From Octopus vulgaris (taxonomy: Eukaryota), in assembly GCA_951406725.2 (NCBI GenBank), contig OX597821.1, positions 66,154,001 through 66,218,000 on the forward strand: 64,000 nucleotides of DNA. Reading direction: 5' to 3'. Of the stretch, positions 37,261-50,618 are shown piece after piece. How positions within the stretch are numbered: the stretch's first letter is position 1; every line of letters begins with the position of its first letter. The translations under genes were made by a program, and so were the position numbers. Under the pieces are notes generated by a model. The model worked only from the letters and a program-made list of their open reading frames with translations. It was not told the DNA's origin and did not search any database.

Positions 37261-38249
37261 GAATTTGAACTCAGGACGTAAAGACGAACGAAATGATGCA
37301 AAAAGCATTCATTTTACCCGGTGCAGTAACCATTCTGCCAGATCGCCGTCTCCACCGAATTGGTAATAGATACTAAGATCTTACCGTTGAGCGCTATAAG
37401 GCATGGAGACTTTTGCAAAATGTCCAAGGATGTTATCCCTTCATCTTCAGTTCTAAGCCACATAAAGAAAGCTTGGGTTCTAAAGCTACGACAAAGAACA
37501 AATCCCCTAGGTAGAAACTTTGGTGGAGTGGATGTTAACAATAACCGGTGCTGATTGTTTTACGCTGGAGTAAATTTACGGTTCAGCAAAAAAACAAACA
37601 AAAAACGGTAGGACAAGGTCTAGGCTTAAAAATAAATACAATTACCAAGGTTGATCTGGTCGACTAAAATCTTTAAAAAGGCGATGCTCCAGCATGGCCG
37701 AAGATCTGTGACAGATAAAGACAAAAGATGTGTGTATGTGTGTTAGAAAAGTGTAATATCAATCTTAAAGAGGAGCGTAATGACAGGATTCGTCAAAAGT
37801 AACAGACCTAAGTAAAATGTATTGAAGAACGGGTTCATCAGAGCGTCAATACGAGTACAATATCGATTTTCCGAACCCTTTGCGGATAACGGATTTTTTC
37901 GAACCAGGAGAAGATCGACTTGGTGAACAGACTTTTCATTAAACAAATATTAAATTTACTTAGATAATTAAATAAAATACTTGTAAATTAGTGTAATTTA
38001 ATGTGGATTAAAAGAGGGTTCGGTATATCAAAGACGGCAAAGGTGTTCTTGTAGCTGTTTTCATAGTTCTGCTTTCATGTTCCGTTCTCTCAGAGCTGAC
38101 CTGGGGCTAAATTAAGATAACAACAACAATAAAAACAAGAGCCGTGTGATGTTTACATCGTGTTCCTACTCACGTACCGGAGTCTATACCGAATGACATC
38201 TTCACTCCTTTATCATTTCCGTCGGCTATTGACGAAGTGTTGTTGTTAT

Positions 38250-38690
38250 GACCAGAATTCTCAAAATTCCCCACTCCTCATATTAATCAAAACATTGACA
38301 GCAATAAAACAAATTTTCATGGATTTACCATAATTATCACCATTGTTTTTGGTACACATCCTTGTCAACTTTCACAGAATCTGGATTCTGAAGCCTCCTC
38401 ACGTCTCTTATCACCATATTCCCAGAGGAGTCGTCCCTAAACACTGATAGTGAAAATTGAGTTGACGGATACGATGTAAATACCTATCCAATTGATGACG
38501 AGTAACGAACGGACAGAAATTTTAAAAGCTTGACTCTTGTGAAGTACTGAGTGGTCATTACAACGATTCTGTACAAATTTCACTTGTATGTTCAGTATAA
38601 AGTATCTATCAAGAATACACCGATTGTATGTAATTCTCTGGGGAAGAGAGTTCCGGCTATCGAACGAACAAAGAAACATTTGTTCCAGAG
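38250..38690 (+). pseudogene. Decayed Penelope-like RT fragment (N-terminal motifs)
   Basis: With frameshifts: LKIPHS / IVFG..C.LSQNLD-ILKP.HVSY / PEESSL / NSLGKRVPA. These resemble PLE LPKIHK, RPIV.G....LS..LD.LLKP....SY and G.AMG...AP. Confidence 0.45.
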
Positions 38691-38726
38691 TCGTCATAAT
38701 ATAATGGTCAATATTGTTACCACTGT

Positions 38727-39315
38727 TAAGGTGTCGAGCTGGCAGAAGCGTTAGCACACCGGGCGAAATGCGTAGCCGTATTTCGTCTGCCGTTACATTC
38801 TGAGTTCAAATTCCGCCGAGATCCTTTCGGGGTCGATTAAATAAGTACCAGTTATATGCTGCGGTCGATATAATCGACTTAATCCGTTTGTCTGTCCTTG
38901 TTTGTAGTAAATAAATAGGTATTTCGTCTGCCGCTACCTTCTGAGTTCAAATTCCATCGAGGTCGACTTCGCCTTTCATCCTTTCAAGGTCAATAAATTA
39001 CGTACCAATTGCATACTGGGGTCGATGTAATCGACTGGCCCTTTCCACCCAAATGTCGGGCCTTCTGCCTAGAGTAGAAAAGAATACTGTTACCACTATT
39101 AAGGTGGCGAGCTGGAAGAAACGTTAGCACGCCGGGCGCAATGCTTAGCGGTGATTCGTCCATTTGCGTGAACCGTGTTCAAATTCCGCTGGGATCGACT
39201 TTGCTTTTCATTGATTCAGAGTCGATAAAATAAGTACCCAGTTGAGCAATGGGGTCAATGTAATCGACTTGGCCCCTTACCCCAAATTACTGGCCTGGTG
39301 CCAAAATTTGAAACT
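38727..39315 (+). mobile_element. Head-to-tail array of three SINE B copies
   Basis: Units at about 38727, 38917 (re-entry at ggtatttcgtctg) and 39100. Confidence 0.85.
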
Positions 39316-39530
39316 AATATATTGTTTACCACTATCATCATCATCATCATCATCATCATCTTCTATAGACGTAGGAACGGCTGTGTGGTAATAAGCTTGC
39401 TTCCCAACCACATGGTTCCGCGTTCAGTTCCACTGCGTGGCAACTTCGGCAAGTGTCTTGTACTATATAGTCTTGGGCCGACCAAAGCTTTGTGAGTGGA
39501 TTTGGTAGACGGAAACTGAAAGAAGCCTGT

Positions 39531-39571
<41 letters not shown>

Positions 39572-39924
39572 CAACAAGTGTGTGTGTGTGTGTGTGTGTG
39601 TCCACCGCTACCTCTTCACAACCAGTGCTGTCATTTACGTCTCCGTAACTTGGCGGTTCGGTAAAATGTACGAGGCTTTAAAAAAAGTATTGGGGTCAAT
39701 TCATGCGACGAAAACGCTTCAAGGCGGTGCCCCAGCATGGCCGCAGTCTACATGACTGAAACAAGTAAAAAAAAATAATAATAAATGATATATCATTAGT
39801 ATAGTGCATACACAGTATACGTACGTAACGTGTATAAATATACGTACGTTCGTTTATTCGCGTGTGATACGAAGACGTGTTCTCTCTCACACTCACGTGT
39901 GCATATATTTATATCCACACGTCT

Positions 39925-40146
39925 AAAGGCGGCGAGCTGGCAGACACGTTAGCGCGCCGGGCGAAATGCTTAGCGGTATTTCGTCTGTCGTTACGTTCTG
40001 AGTTCAAATTCCGCCGATGTCGACTTTGCCTTTCATCCTTTCGGGGTCGATAAATAAAAGTACCAGTTTCGCACTGGGGTCGATGTAATTTGTCTGTCCT
40101 TGTTTGTCCTCTCTATGTTTAGCCCCTTGTGGCCAATAAAGAAATA
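39925..40146 (+). mobile_element. SINE family B with TSD
   Basis: TATATCCACACG duplicated on both flanks. Confidence 0.88.
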
Positions 40147-40166
40147 TATATCCACACGAATCCCTC

Positions 40167-40239
<73 letters not shown>

Positions 40240-40356
40240 GTGTGTGTGTGTGTGTGTGTTTATGTGAGTGTTGTTAATGTTTGTCTTTTATGATTTATAT
40301 TTCGTCTTTGGATTTGGTTTGCAAGATTCTTTATGCGAGTTCGTGTGTTGAAGCAT

Positions 40357-40506
40357 ATTCTGTTTTGTCTGCGGAGAGTCATTTCCTTTTTGTGCCTTAT
40401 GATTTAACATACTCACCGGTAAAATTTCCGCTTATTTCTTAATTTTTATTTTCCCTAAAGTTTTCGTTGCGTCTTGCAACCTTTTCATATGTACATGCAT
40501 GCATAG

Positions 40507-40559
<53 letters not shown>

Positions 40560-40730
40560 AAAAGGAACGCAGTGTAAATAACGGACAGAGTCAAGACTAT
40601 TGAAAAGGTTGCAAGACGCAACGAAAATTTTAGGAAAATGAAAATTAAGAAATAAGTGGAAATTTTACCGGTGAGTGTGTTAAATTATAAAGCACAAAAA
40701 GAAAATGATTCTCCCCAGACGCAAAAGAAT
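40357..40730. repeat. Inverted repeat pair (~130-bp arms) around (CA)n
   Basis: 40357-40487 is the reverse complement of 40601-40730 with scattered mismatches. Confidence 0.9.
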
Positions 40731-40800
40731 TTTATGATTTATTTTTAGTAACAAAAAAATTACGTTAATCTGAAGGGTTATTCTACACTTTTGTAGAGTA

Positions 40801-40944
40801 CAAATTTATTCTTAGACAAGAATTTTGCTGACAGTGAGTTCGAAGTATCGGCTTGTTAAGTCATCTTTGGCATGTTGACGATGGCTTAACTGGTCGAAAT
40901 TTCAAAGTCATATTCAACAATATTCTTGCTTAAGAATAAATGTG
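40801..40944. repeat. Degenerate foldback containing a decayed hammerhead-like motif
   Basis: Arms 40801-40865 and 40880-40944; UUGACGA-U-GGC..GUC-GAAA-UU-UC then AATAAA. Homologous to 50417-50483. Confidence 0.6.
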
Positions 40945-41294
40945 TGTGCGTGCGTGCATATATATATATATATATACATGTAATAGATTTGTGCGTAAAT
41001 TAGGGTTTGTGAAAACACATGTATATAAATAATTACGTGCACGCATGTACTATTTCGGGATAATAAAACCATTTATAAACATATGAATTGCACACAAGGC
41101 ACACACACACGTAAAGCCCGCGACGCCGTTGACAGTGGATACGGCTTCAACCCTTAACGTAGATGCACCATTAACTGTCAAATTCATTGACACTTAACGT
41201 TTAAATATGTTTGACCTTCATTTTCCACTTAAAAATACAACCATCATCTTCATCCTTCTCACCTAGCTGAACTTCTTTCAACAAATTGCATTTA

Positions 41295-41344
<50 letters not shown>

Positions 41345-41394
41345 TCGTTAGCTCCTACACGCATTTTTTTCTCTCCTTGTTTTTTTTCTGTATA

Positions 41395-41432
41395 TTTTTC
41401 TGTCGAAGAGCGTAGGCTCGAAACGTAAAAGA
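41395..41432 (+). ncRNA. Variant minimal hammerhead motif (A6U) in repeat 41341-41530
   Basis: UUUUU-CUGUCGA-A-GAGC(GUAG)GCUC-GAAA-CG-UA-AAAGA. Confidence 0.55.
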
Positions 41433-42468
41433 CTTGTTCTATTTCTATTCCTGAGCGCCATACTAATACATTTGTTTGTTTGTACTCCACCTGCGTCTTT
41501 TGTTTATTTTCGTAAACCTTCCCGTTATATATATATGTGTTTAATGCCCGAAATGAGGAGTAGATAGACAACCGACAACTGATGAAGGGTCCTTTCTCTC
41601 TGTTTACTTGTCCCGTTTTCCATTTTTTCATCCCTCGTTGTTTACATATTTCATGTTGTTTGCACTGTTGGTGACGTCCTGTACCTATGTACCCTTATAC
41701 ACACACATGTTTTTATACTTTTACTTGTTTCAGTCACTTGACTGCGGCCATGCTGGATCACTGCCTTGAAGTGTTTTAGTCGAAGAAATCGACCCCCGAA
41801 TTTATTCTTTATAAGCGTAGTACTTATTCTATCCGTCTCTTTTGCCGAAACGCTAAGTTTAACGTTTGTTTATTTTTAAACATATCTTAATTTCTACACC
41901 TGAAATTTGTGTGAAGCGGGGATAAATGCGACAGGCTTCTTTCAGTTTCCGTCGACCAGATCCACACACAAGGCTTTCGTCGGCTAGGGGCTACAGCAGA
42001 AAACACCTGCTCAAGGTGTCACATTGTGGGACTGAACCCGGGACTATTCGATTGGAGTGCAAACTTATTACATAGCCACTGCCGCACCTGTGTGTGTGTC
42101 ACAGACATTAACCAACCCCATCAACATAAAAACAGCTGATACACTAGCGTATGCTGGCCCATAGCAACAGAGAAGTGTGCGTGCGCGTGTGTACATACAA
42201 CAAATATTTATATAAGCATGCGTGAATACAAACAAGGGGACAAACAAGGACAGACAAACGGATTAAATCGATTACATCGACCCCAGTGCGTAACTGGGAC
42301 TTATTTAATCAACCCTGAAAGGATGAAAGGCAAAGCTGACCTCGGCGGAATTTGAACTCAGAACGTAGCGATTTCGCCCGGTGTACTAACGATTCTGCCA
42401 GCTCGTCGCCTTTGTGTACACTGTACTATGATGAAAACTTTAAGATGTCAAATTTGTAAATACACATG

Positions 42469-42626
42469 CAGCAGAAGCCGCTTATTGTCATCACAGCGAT
42501 GAAGCCTTTTCTTTTTAAATAACCGGAACTAGGTAATAACATGAAACAAATAAAGAATTTGGAACTCAGTATTTTAGACAACAAGCAACATTATCCGAGG
42601 CGATAATAATAAGCGGCTTCTACATT
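42469..42626. mobile_element. Small pogo/Tigger-like MITE
   Basis: cagcagaagccgcttattg ... aataagcggcttctac inverted ends. Confidence 0.5.
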
Positions 42627-44107
42627 ATTTCATTATAACAATATACTCATGAATACTCAAGCAAGGACCTCATCAGTCACCATATTTATACACATATCCA
42701 TACATATACATTCACACATTCGTATATGCACAAATACATAATTCGAACGTATATATATTCGTTTTTACTCAAGGTACAAGGCCCGAAATTTTGGGGGAGG
42801 GGACCAGTCGATTAGATCGAACCCAGTGCGTAACTGGTACTTAATTTATCGACCCCGAAAGGATGAAAGATAATATCGACCTTGGCGGTATCGAACTCAG
42901 AACGTAAAGACAGACGAAATGCCGCTAAGCATTTCACCTGGCGTGCTAACGTTTCTGCCAGCTCGCCGCCTTTCATTTTATATGTTGGAAACAAATTCGC
43001 GTTTTTAGCGAAAATCTATAGATATAAATCACACATGCACACCAAACTGTTGTCGCAGAGATAGAAATCAATTTGCTAGTTTTGTGCATTCAAGCGTTGC
43101 AAGAAAAAAAAAAACCCCAGACTGTGACAAGACAAACCGTTGTAAAAGTAACTATATACTCCCTACGTATACCAAGGTGACTATTATTAGCAGTCATAAG
43201 AATATATATTTCGTAAATATAAAGAGAATATTTTGTCGTACAAAGTATAACAAAGGGGCCTCATTGAAGAAAAACAAATCAATTTTGGAGCGATTAAATA
43301 TGTATTATCAACGAGACATGTAAATAATAAAACAAATTATGCGTATAAATATGCATGTATGGTTGGAAAATATTTATAGTTAGTTAGTCACGCTTGAGAA
43401 ACCAGCCGGAAAATCCCAATGACTGTTGCTTATGATAAGACCTTATGGAGGGATGTGCGTTAGGACTCTATCTACCCCGACAACCCTCCCAGGAATAGGA
43501 GGCGGAGAAGATGGACGAATCGATGGAATATGTATGTACTTGTTAATAATAAACGTAAGGAGATGGGAATTTAATACACAGAGTTAATGATTCTTTCAAG
43601 TTTTAGGAGAAAGTTAACAATTTTTATGAGGAATTAATATAGATCCCAGGACTTAGCTGGTAGTTTATGTTATCGACCCCGAAGGGATGAAAAACGAAGC
43701 CGACCAAGGCGGTATTTCCGCCGAGGACGACTTTGCCTTTCATCATTTCGGGGTCGATAAATTAAGTACCAGTTAAGCACTGGGGTCGATGTAATCGACT
43801 TAATCCGTTTGTCTGTCCTTGTTTGTCCTCTCTGTGTTTAGCCCCTTGTGGGTAGTAAAGAAATAGGTATTTTGTATTCAGAATGTAGAGAATCGGAGGA
43901 AATGCCATGAAGCATTTTCTGCTAGTTCGCCCGCCTTAAGTAGAATAAATATAAGACAGGAAGTGGTGGTTTCCTCCGAGCTTCGCGTTGCCACATTTCA
44001 AAACTTTTAATTTCTTTCTCCGTTCATGTAGATATTAAAATGTATACATGCAAAAAAGCTTGATATACATCCACGTGTCTCTCTGCTTTTATGATGATTT
44101 GTAATAA

Positions 44108-44143
<36 letters not shown>

Positions 44144-44232
44144 TTAGCATTAAAGTGAAGAATTTCTCAATATTTATTTGTAGAGTATAGAGAAGGAGGA
44201 CTTCGAAGTTTCGCTCAACTAATATTCGTCGC

Positions 44233-44279
<47 letters not shown>

Positions 44280-44316
44280 TATAGAGAGAGAGAAGAGAGA
44301 GAGAGACACACACACA

Positions 44317-44531
44317 CACGAAGCTATGCTGAAAAGTTTCTTTAAGGGAGAGGCGAAAGGCCTGGTTGGAGGCTCAACCTTCCGAATTATTTTCTGGACT
44401 TAGAAAAACCGAAGGACTGCTGCAATAAGTGTGTGAATCTGAGAGGGAAATATGTTGAATAAAATTATAAATAACCGATCCTCCTGTATTTTCTGTTACC
44501 CAAAACCAGGAACTTTTCCACACCCCTCGTA
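44317..44531 (+). mobile_element. Mariner internal-deletion derivative, second copy
   Basis: AWLEAQPSELFSGLRK... / CNKCVNLRGKYVE*; 3' TIR ccaggaacttttccacacccctcgta. Confidence 0.85.
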
Positions 44532-47203
44532 TGTAGGTATGTATGTATGTAGTACATTTTAGATCTTGCCGTCTTCACAAAAGAGTACGCGACAAAATAA
44601 CAGTTCCTGATAGACCCCAGGGGACAGGGTTTGTCACATATGGAACGTCAGTTTTCATAATTTTAATCCTTCAGAGTTGACCGAACCAATCTTTTTTTAC
44701 TTGCGGTCAACGTGAGTCATCACCTAGAGCGGTTTGGTCGAAAAAAACTCGATTTCAACTCCTGTGCATATATTTTTGAAGTCCGTTTTACCGGGGATGT
44801 AAACAAACCAGCATTGGTGGCGGGGAACAAGCACAAAAACCAGACTCCAGTACATATAATTTTGAAGTCCGGTTTATCGGGGATGTAAACAAACCAGCAT
44901 TGGTGACGGGGTACAATCACAAAAAAAAAAACCCCAGAGTTTCTGTCTACGTAATTCACTCGCAAGGAATTAATCAGCCCAGGACTTATAGTTAAAAAAA
45001 AAACAAAAAAACACTTGCGGGAGATTGAACCCAAAATCACTTGGTTGCAGAGTGAGCTTTATAGCCACACAGCCCTTCTTGCGCCCGTAACAACAAGCGT
45101 CGTGTGATGTTTATATATGTTGCTATGAATGTTGCGCGAATCCTTACCAAACCTCAGCAGCAGCAGCCATCGTATATGTACAAGAAGTTTGCTTCAAAAC
45201 GGCATGTTTCCCAGTGTGTAATTACGACGTGGTTACCTTAGCGGGGTAAGCGTTGCCCTTCTATCGTAGTCTCCAGTTGTCCAATATTTTGTGAGAAAAC
45301 TGTGTGTGTTTATGTTCAAGTTATAAACCCCACCCCTTTAGGATCCTTAATTTAGCGGTTTGATAAAAAAAAAAAATAATAATAATAATTCGATAAACTA
45401 AATTAGCAGAAGGAATTACAGAAGGTGTTTATTAGAGAATAAACCAGTAAAAGCAATGCTCCAGCATGGCCGCGGAAATCAATGACAGAAATCAGAACAA
45501 GAATAAAGGAATAAGAGAATGTTGGTGTGTTAGAATATATGAATTGAGAAATTGCTATCATCTAAATTGAAAGGAGAGAAATGTAGTTACTTTAGTAACC
45601 GGCTCCTTTTTATCAGCGGAAAGAAAATGCGTTCACATTTTATATATATATGTATGTATGTATGTATAATCCTGGTATATATGGAAATTATGAAAATGAA
45701 AATTAAAAAAAAAAATAAATAAAACACTTGCATGATATTAAGGCAGGAATTGAACTTACGTTGTTAGAATTCGTATACCGAAAGCTGTTTATGTTGAACA
45801 AAAGCCGGCTGACAATCCGCAGCCTCTCCTGACAGTAGCGTAATATGAATGATGAAGCTTGTTGTTTAATAGACATATACGTATGAGTGTGTGTGTGTGT
45901 GTGTAATCTGTTGCTTCCGTAAATACATTCCGTAGAAGTGTATGTGTGCGTGTGTATACTGACATCGCTCACACATACGCGAACAAGCAAGAGAGAACCT
46001 CTACGTGGTCGCTTGGCATGTTAAAATTAACAGTCAAACTTCACCTCAGTTCACACTTAACGCTTATGAAAAACAAAAAATCAATGCAGTGCCTTAGATG
46101 ACAAAATCAAACCCTACGATTATGGAAAATAAAAATACATAAAATCAAAGCGGTACCCTTAGATAATGCGGGCCTGGATGGACCCCCTTTCACATAGGAA
46201 GAATAGGCGACAGGGTCACGGTAGGAATGTATATGATTATTGTTATTTAGCCCCCAGCTCAGTAGAAAGAGATCTGCTAGACATGGACAGAGATGGGGGG
46301 TTAAAGAACGATAAAGTATACATACGAACACAGACACACTGAAGATACGCGTAAGTCTCCGAAACAAACAACAAGAGCCAGCGATGAAGCCTATAAATAG
46401 TCACTCAAATTGCTAGAAGTAATAGCCAAATATTCCTCAAATCCCCCTTCCACAAGAATCAGAATATGCTATCCCTAAAATATGTGAAATGGTCTCACGG
46501 CTTCAACACCTTGGTTTATAAACTCTACGCAGTCCGAGTCGTGTTTGATGTAAACAACTCGGATAAGCGCGCACACACACACGTATTCATACATACGGAC
46601 ACAGTTTCTTAAAGTAGATACACACATTCACAATACTTTTAAATCTTAAGGCGGCGAACTAGTAGAAATAGAATCGTTAGTGCGCTGGGCAAAACACTTA
46701 CCGGAGTTTCTGCTAATTTTACGATCTGAGTTCAAATTCCGGTGAGGTCGACTTTTGTCTTTCCTCCTTTCGGGATCGATAAAATAAATACCCTTTGAAC
46801 ACTGGGATCGATCTAATCGATGATTAATCATTTCCTTCAAAATTGCTAGCCTTGTATCAAAATTTAAGATCAATATTTTAAAAACTTTTATTATACACAC
46901 TTGTAAGTTGGTGAGCTGGTTGGATCTTTGGCGCGTCGAACAAAATGCTTAGCAGCATTTCTTCCGAATATTTTACGTTCTGAGTTCAAATCCTGCTGAT
47001 GTCATCTTTACTCTTCATCTGTACAGGATCGATAAAATAAAGTACCAGTGAAGTACTTAAAACTGCCCCCTTAAAACTACGGTCTTTGAACCCTGCAACA
47101 AGGCCGGTGTCTCGTTCAGACAAATGTTGTAATCTCGCTCACTTGTACGTCAAGGAAACCGGGTAAGCGGCCTTTATAAGACCTAGGGTTAGAGAGAAAA
47201 ATC

Positions 47204-47526
47204 TGACACTCCGTCGGTTACGACGACGAGGGTCCCAGTTGATCGGACCAACGGAACTGTCTCCTCGTGAAATTAACATGCAAGTGACAGCGCGCTCCAC
47301 AGACATGCGTGCCCTTAATGTAGTTCTGAAGGTGATTCAGCGTGAACACAGTTTATGTCAAGGTTGGGTCTTTGAAAAACATCTACTTCTTGTTTTTGCC
47401 AGCTGAACGAACTGGAGTAACGTGAAATAAAGTGACTTACTCAAGGATACAACGCGCCGCCGGGAATCGAACTCCCGACCTTACAATCGTGAGCCGTATA
47501 CCCTAATCACTAAGCCACGGGCCTTC
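47204..47526 (-). mobile_element. tRNA-headed CORE-like SINE sharing its 3' half with family C
   Basis: Head ggcccgtggcttagtgattagg...gagttcgattccc, CORE-like ccttgagtaagtcacttta, tail gtcgtcgtaaccgacggagtg. A related decayed head lies at about 19507-19630(+). Confidence 0.8.
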
Positions 47527-47880
47527 AAAATAAACTGAAAAATACACACTTGCAAACATACATCGTTCGTAATAAATACATACTAAAGCGTTCTGAGTTC
47601 AAATTCCGCCGAGGTCGTCTTTACCTTACACCCCGGAGGAGGTCGATAGATTAAGTACCAGTTGCGTACCGGGGTAGATCTAATCGACTGGACCCTCCCC
47701 CAAAATTTCGGTCTTTGTGCCCAGAGTAGAAAAGAAGAAAAAAAATACATACTAAAGTGAATCTGCCGATTAGGTTTCGATTCTCGGTTGACTGTTACAT
47801 TTTACGAAATCGTTTTTGTTTTTCATACTTCCAAGGATTGTCCTCAGTAATTTTTTTATGTAAAAGTGCGCAAAAGTTTT

Positions 47881-48640
47881 GTTTTAGTCGAAGAAATCGA
47901 CCCCAGGACTTATTATTTGTAAGCCTAGTACTTATTCTATCGGTCTCTTTTGCCGAACCGATAAGTTACAGGAACATAAACACACCAACATCGGTTGTCA
48001 AGCGACGCGACGGTGGGGGTGAGCAGGACAATTACAGACACAAACATGCACACACATAAATATATCCATATATTGAGAAAAAGAAGGGAATCAGAATTTT
48101 GGATAATATTGATTTCGATTTTTTGTCTTGGCGAATTCGTAAACTAACGAAAGCGCTAATAAAGGATTATCCAAAATTCTGACTGCCTACTTTTTCTCAA
48201 TATACAATATCTGTACACTACTTCAAACACTCTATACATACATGTACGCCAGAAGGTTTGCAAATCCAACGGAGGCCTCAAAAGACATGTTAAGATCCAC
48301 AAAGAGCAGAACTTATCTGCAGGTCTTCGTGGTCCAAATCAGAGGTGCAATCTATGTGGGTGTCTTCTCAAAACATTGGTGTTAAAAAACCACATCAGAC
48401 GCCATGTACAGTAGGTACATGAGGTAGTCAAACTCTGTATAAGGAGTAGACAACCACCAGATATATATATATATACACATACGAGGGGCTTCTTTTAGTA
48501 TCTGTCTACCAAATCCACTCACAAGGCTTTGGTCAGCCCGAGGCTATAGCTGAAGACACTTGTCCCAGGTTCCAGGCGGTGGGACTGAACCTGCAACCAT
48601 GCCGTTGAGAAGCAAGCGTCTTACCACGCAGCCACGCCTC
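47881..48640 (-). mobile_element. SINE family A split by insertions in its internal microsatellite
   Basis: 3' half at 47881-48058 and 5' half at 48480-48640. Confidence 0.82.
48241..48462 (+). mobile_element. RTE-like LINE 3' end with two C2H2-like motifs
   Basis: HVRQKVCKSNGGLKRHVKIH...CNLCGCLLKTLVLKNHIRRHVQ* (stop 48412-48414), then a short hairpin UTR (actc...gagt) running into (TA)n. Confidence 0.65.
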
Positions 48641-49344
48641 CCGGTTTCTATGACGTACAAATGACCGAGACTGAATAGGAGTCCAGTACGTCGCAAGGTT
48701 GTTTATTCTGGCATTCCCAGTACGTCGCAGGGTTGTTTATTCTGGCATTCCCAGAATACAGAATGATACCCTTTAGTGAACGTATTGAGAAATGCGCAAA
48801 GCAACTGCTAGCTCAATTTATAATCTTTCCATTCTATCAATGTGCCGTTGGAACACCAACACAAGTTAGATTAAATAAGGAAACCATCTTCATTGGAAAA
48901 TATAAGCCAAAACTTAACCACTTCTAACATTTTTAAATAAGGAAACTCACCTCATTGAATATAAAATATAAAGCAAAATCTAACCACTTGTAACATTCTA
49001 TTCCTTCTAAACCAAATCATGTTTAATTAATCAAGCCTAGTCATTCCCAACATGTTTGATTATCTCCCTTATACCGGAAAAAAATCCCTGATTCCCTTCC
49101 CCTGCCTGGAACTCCATATTTCACAACATAGCGAAGACATGACACGATATAAGTAAAGAAATTTGAGAAATTTGAAAAGAAAATACGAAACCGGTTATTT
49201 CTCCAAAATCTATGTTTTTGTACGCAAAATTTTCTAACATTTTTCTAACATAACGATTTAAATATATTCTTTAACCATATAACACAAACCTTCTGTAGTC
49301 TTTTTACTCTTTTTTGTCATATACATACATACATACATAATACC

Positions 49345-49381
<37 letters not shown>

Positions 49382-49832
49382 ACTTGTTTGTTATTGTTTT
49401 TATTTAGTTCCAAGTCAGCTCTGATCGAGCGGATCAAAAGCGTTTTAGTAGCGATCCTTCAGACGTACTAGAAAATCTTTAACATATATATATATATATA
49501 TATACACACACACTTTTTTAAAAGACAGTTAACAAATGAACGCGTTTATCTTTCGATTGATTCACCGCCCCAGAAGAATGAATAATTTGCTCTATCTTAG
49601 ATAAATCCTTGCAGGAAAATATAGGACCTTTTATTCGTTTTGTTTCCGAACAAAGATCGTAATGATTTCATTTCAATACTAACATTAATTTTCATTGATT
49701 ATTTTAAACCAACTTTCAAACATGCATTTAATTCCATCATTCCATTTTCATATGTGCACTCTGGAAGAATGCCTTACAATTTTCATTTTGTTACGTATTT
49801 TCTTTGTGAATAGATGTGCGTAGAGTAGTGAC

Positions 49833-50197
49833 CAATGGCGGCTCGTGTATAGGCACTGCGGAACTGCAGCAGCCCCTATTTCCACTCGATATTATCGATA
49901 GCATTCAATATAATGAATCCTTTTTTCTTTAATTCTTTCGTTATACTTGTACACTATATAATCCTTAAGCTTATTTTATGATTTCGGGGGGACTTTTGAA
50001 AAGTTAGGGGGAATTCGCGGCGTGTTCAGTGAACAAATTAAACACATTTACCCAGTAGTGGCTAAAACGCGAACCGATCATGTTTATGTATAAATTTTCA
50101 TTTTATATATTTGTTTACTTTTACACAATATTAAAACAACGGCTAAACATTTTCTGAAGCAGCACCCCCAACTAATTTTATCTACGAGCGGCCACTG
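49833..50197. mobile_element. hAT MITE with perfect 8-bp TSD
   Basis: CAATGGCGGCTCGT ... ACGAGCGGCCACTG; GTAGTGAC at 49825-49832 and 50198-50205. Confidence 0.9.
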
Positions 50198-50320
50198 GTA
50201 GTGACGGAAAGAATTTCAGAATTAAGACCCTTTCAAATAAGTTTGAGAAATATTTTAACCTGTAAAGGCTTTTCACTGCATTGTGGAGGAAACCCCCTGC
50301 TTAAGAGATAAAAAGGTGTT

Positions 50321-50351
<31 letters not shown>

Positions 50352-50618
50352 TATCAGACAAACTTATCAAAATGTACGATCATCATTACTCAAAAACGTG
50401 ATAAGTTTCATTGTTTCTGACGAAACTTAGTTGGCCGGACTTCGAAGTTACTGTCAATAATTTTCTAGTTTAAGAACAATAAACAAAAGTATAGAATAAC
50501 CCATCAGCTAATGTAAAATTGTTTTTATTATAACAGCGTCAATATATATAGGAGCATGTGTGTGTGTGTGTGTGCATATATATATATATATAGGAGCATG
50601 CGTGTGTGTGCATACATA

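Noticed and set aside
41576-41600. CTGATGAAGGG motif
   Set aside because: No downstream GAAA or stem III.
48241-48414. Host C2H2 zinc-finger gene exon
   Set aside because: The first finger lacks its cysteines, there is no TGEKP linker, and it is followed by a LINE-like UTR inside a SINE. An RTE C-terminus fits better.
48684-48997. Short tandem duplications (34 bp and ~65 bp; also 44786-44920)
   Set aside because: Ordinary two-copy slippage duplications with no further structure.
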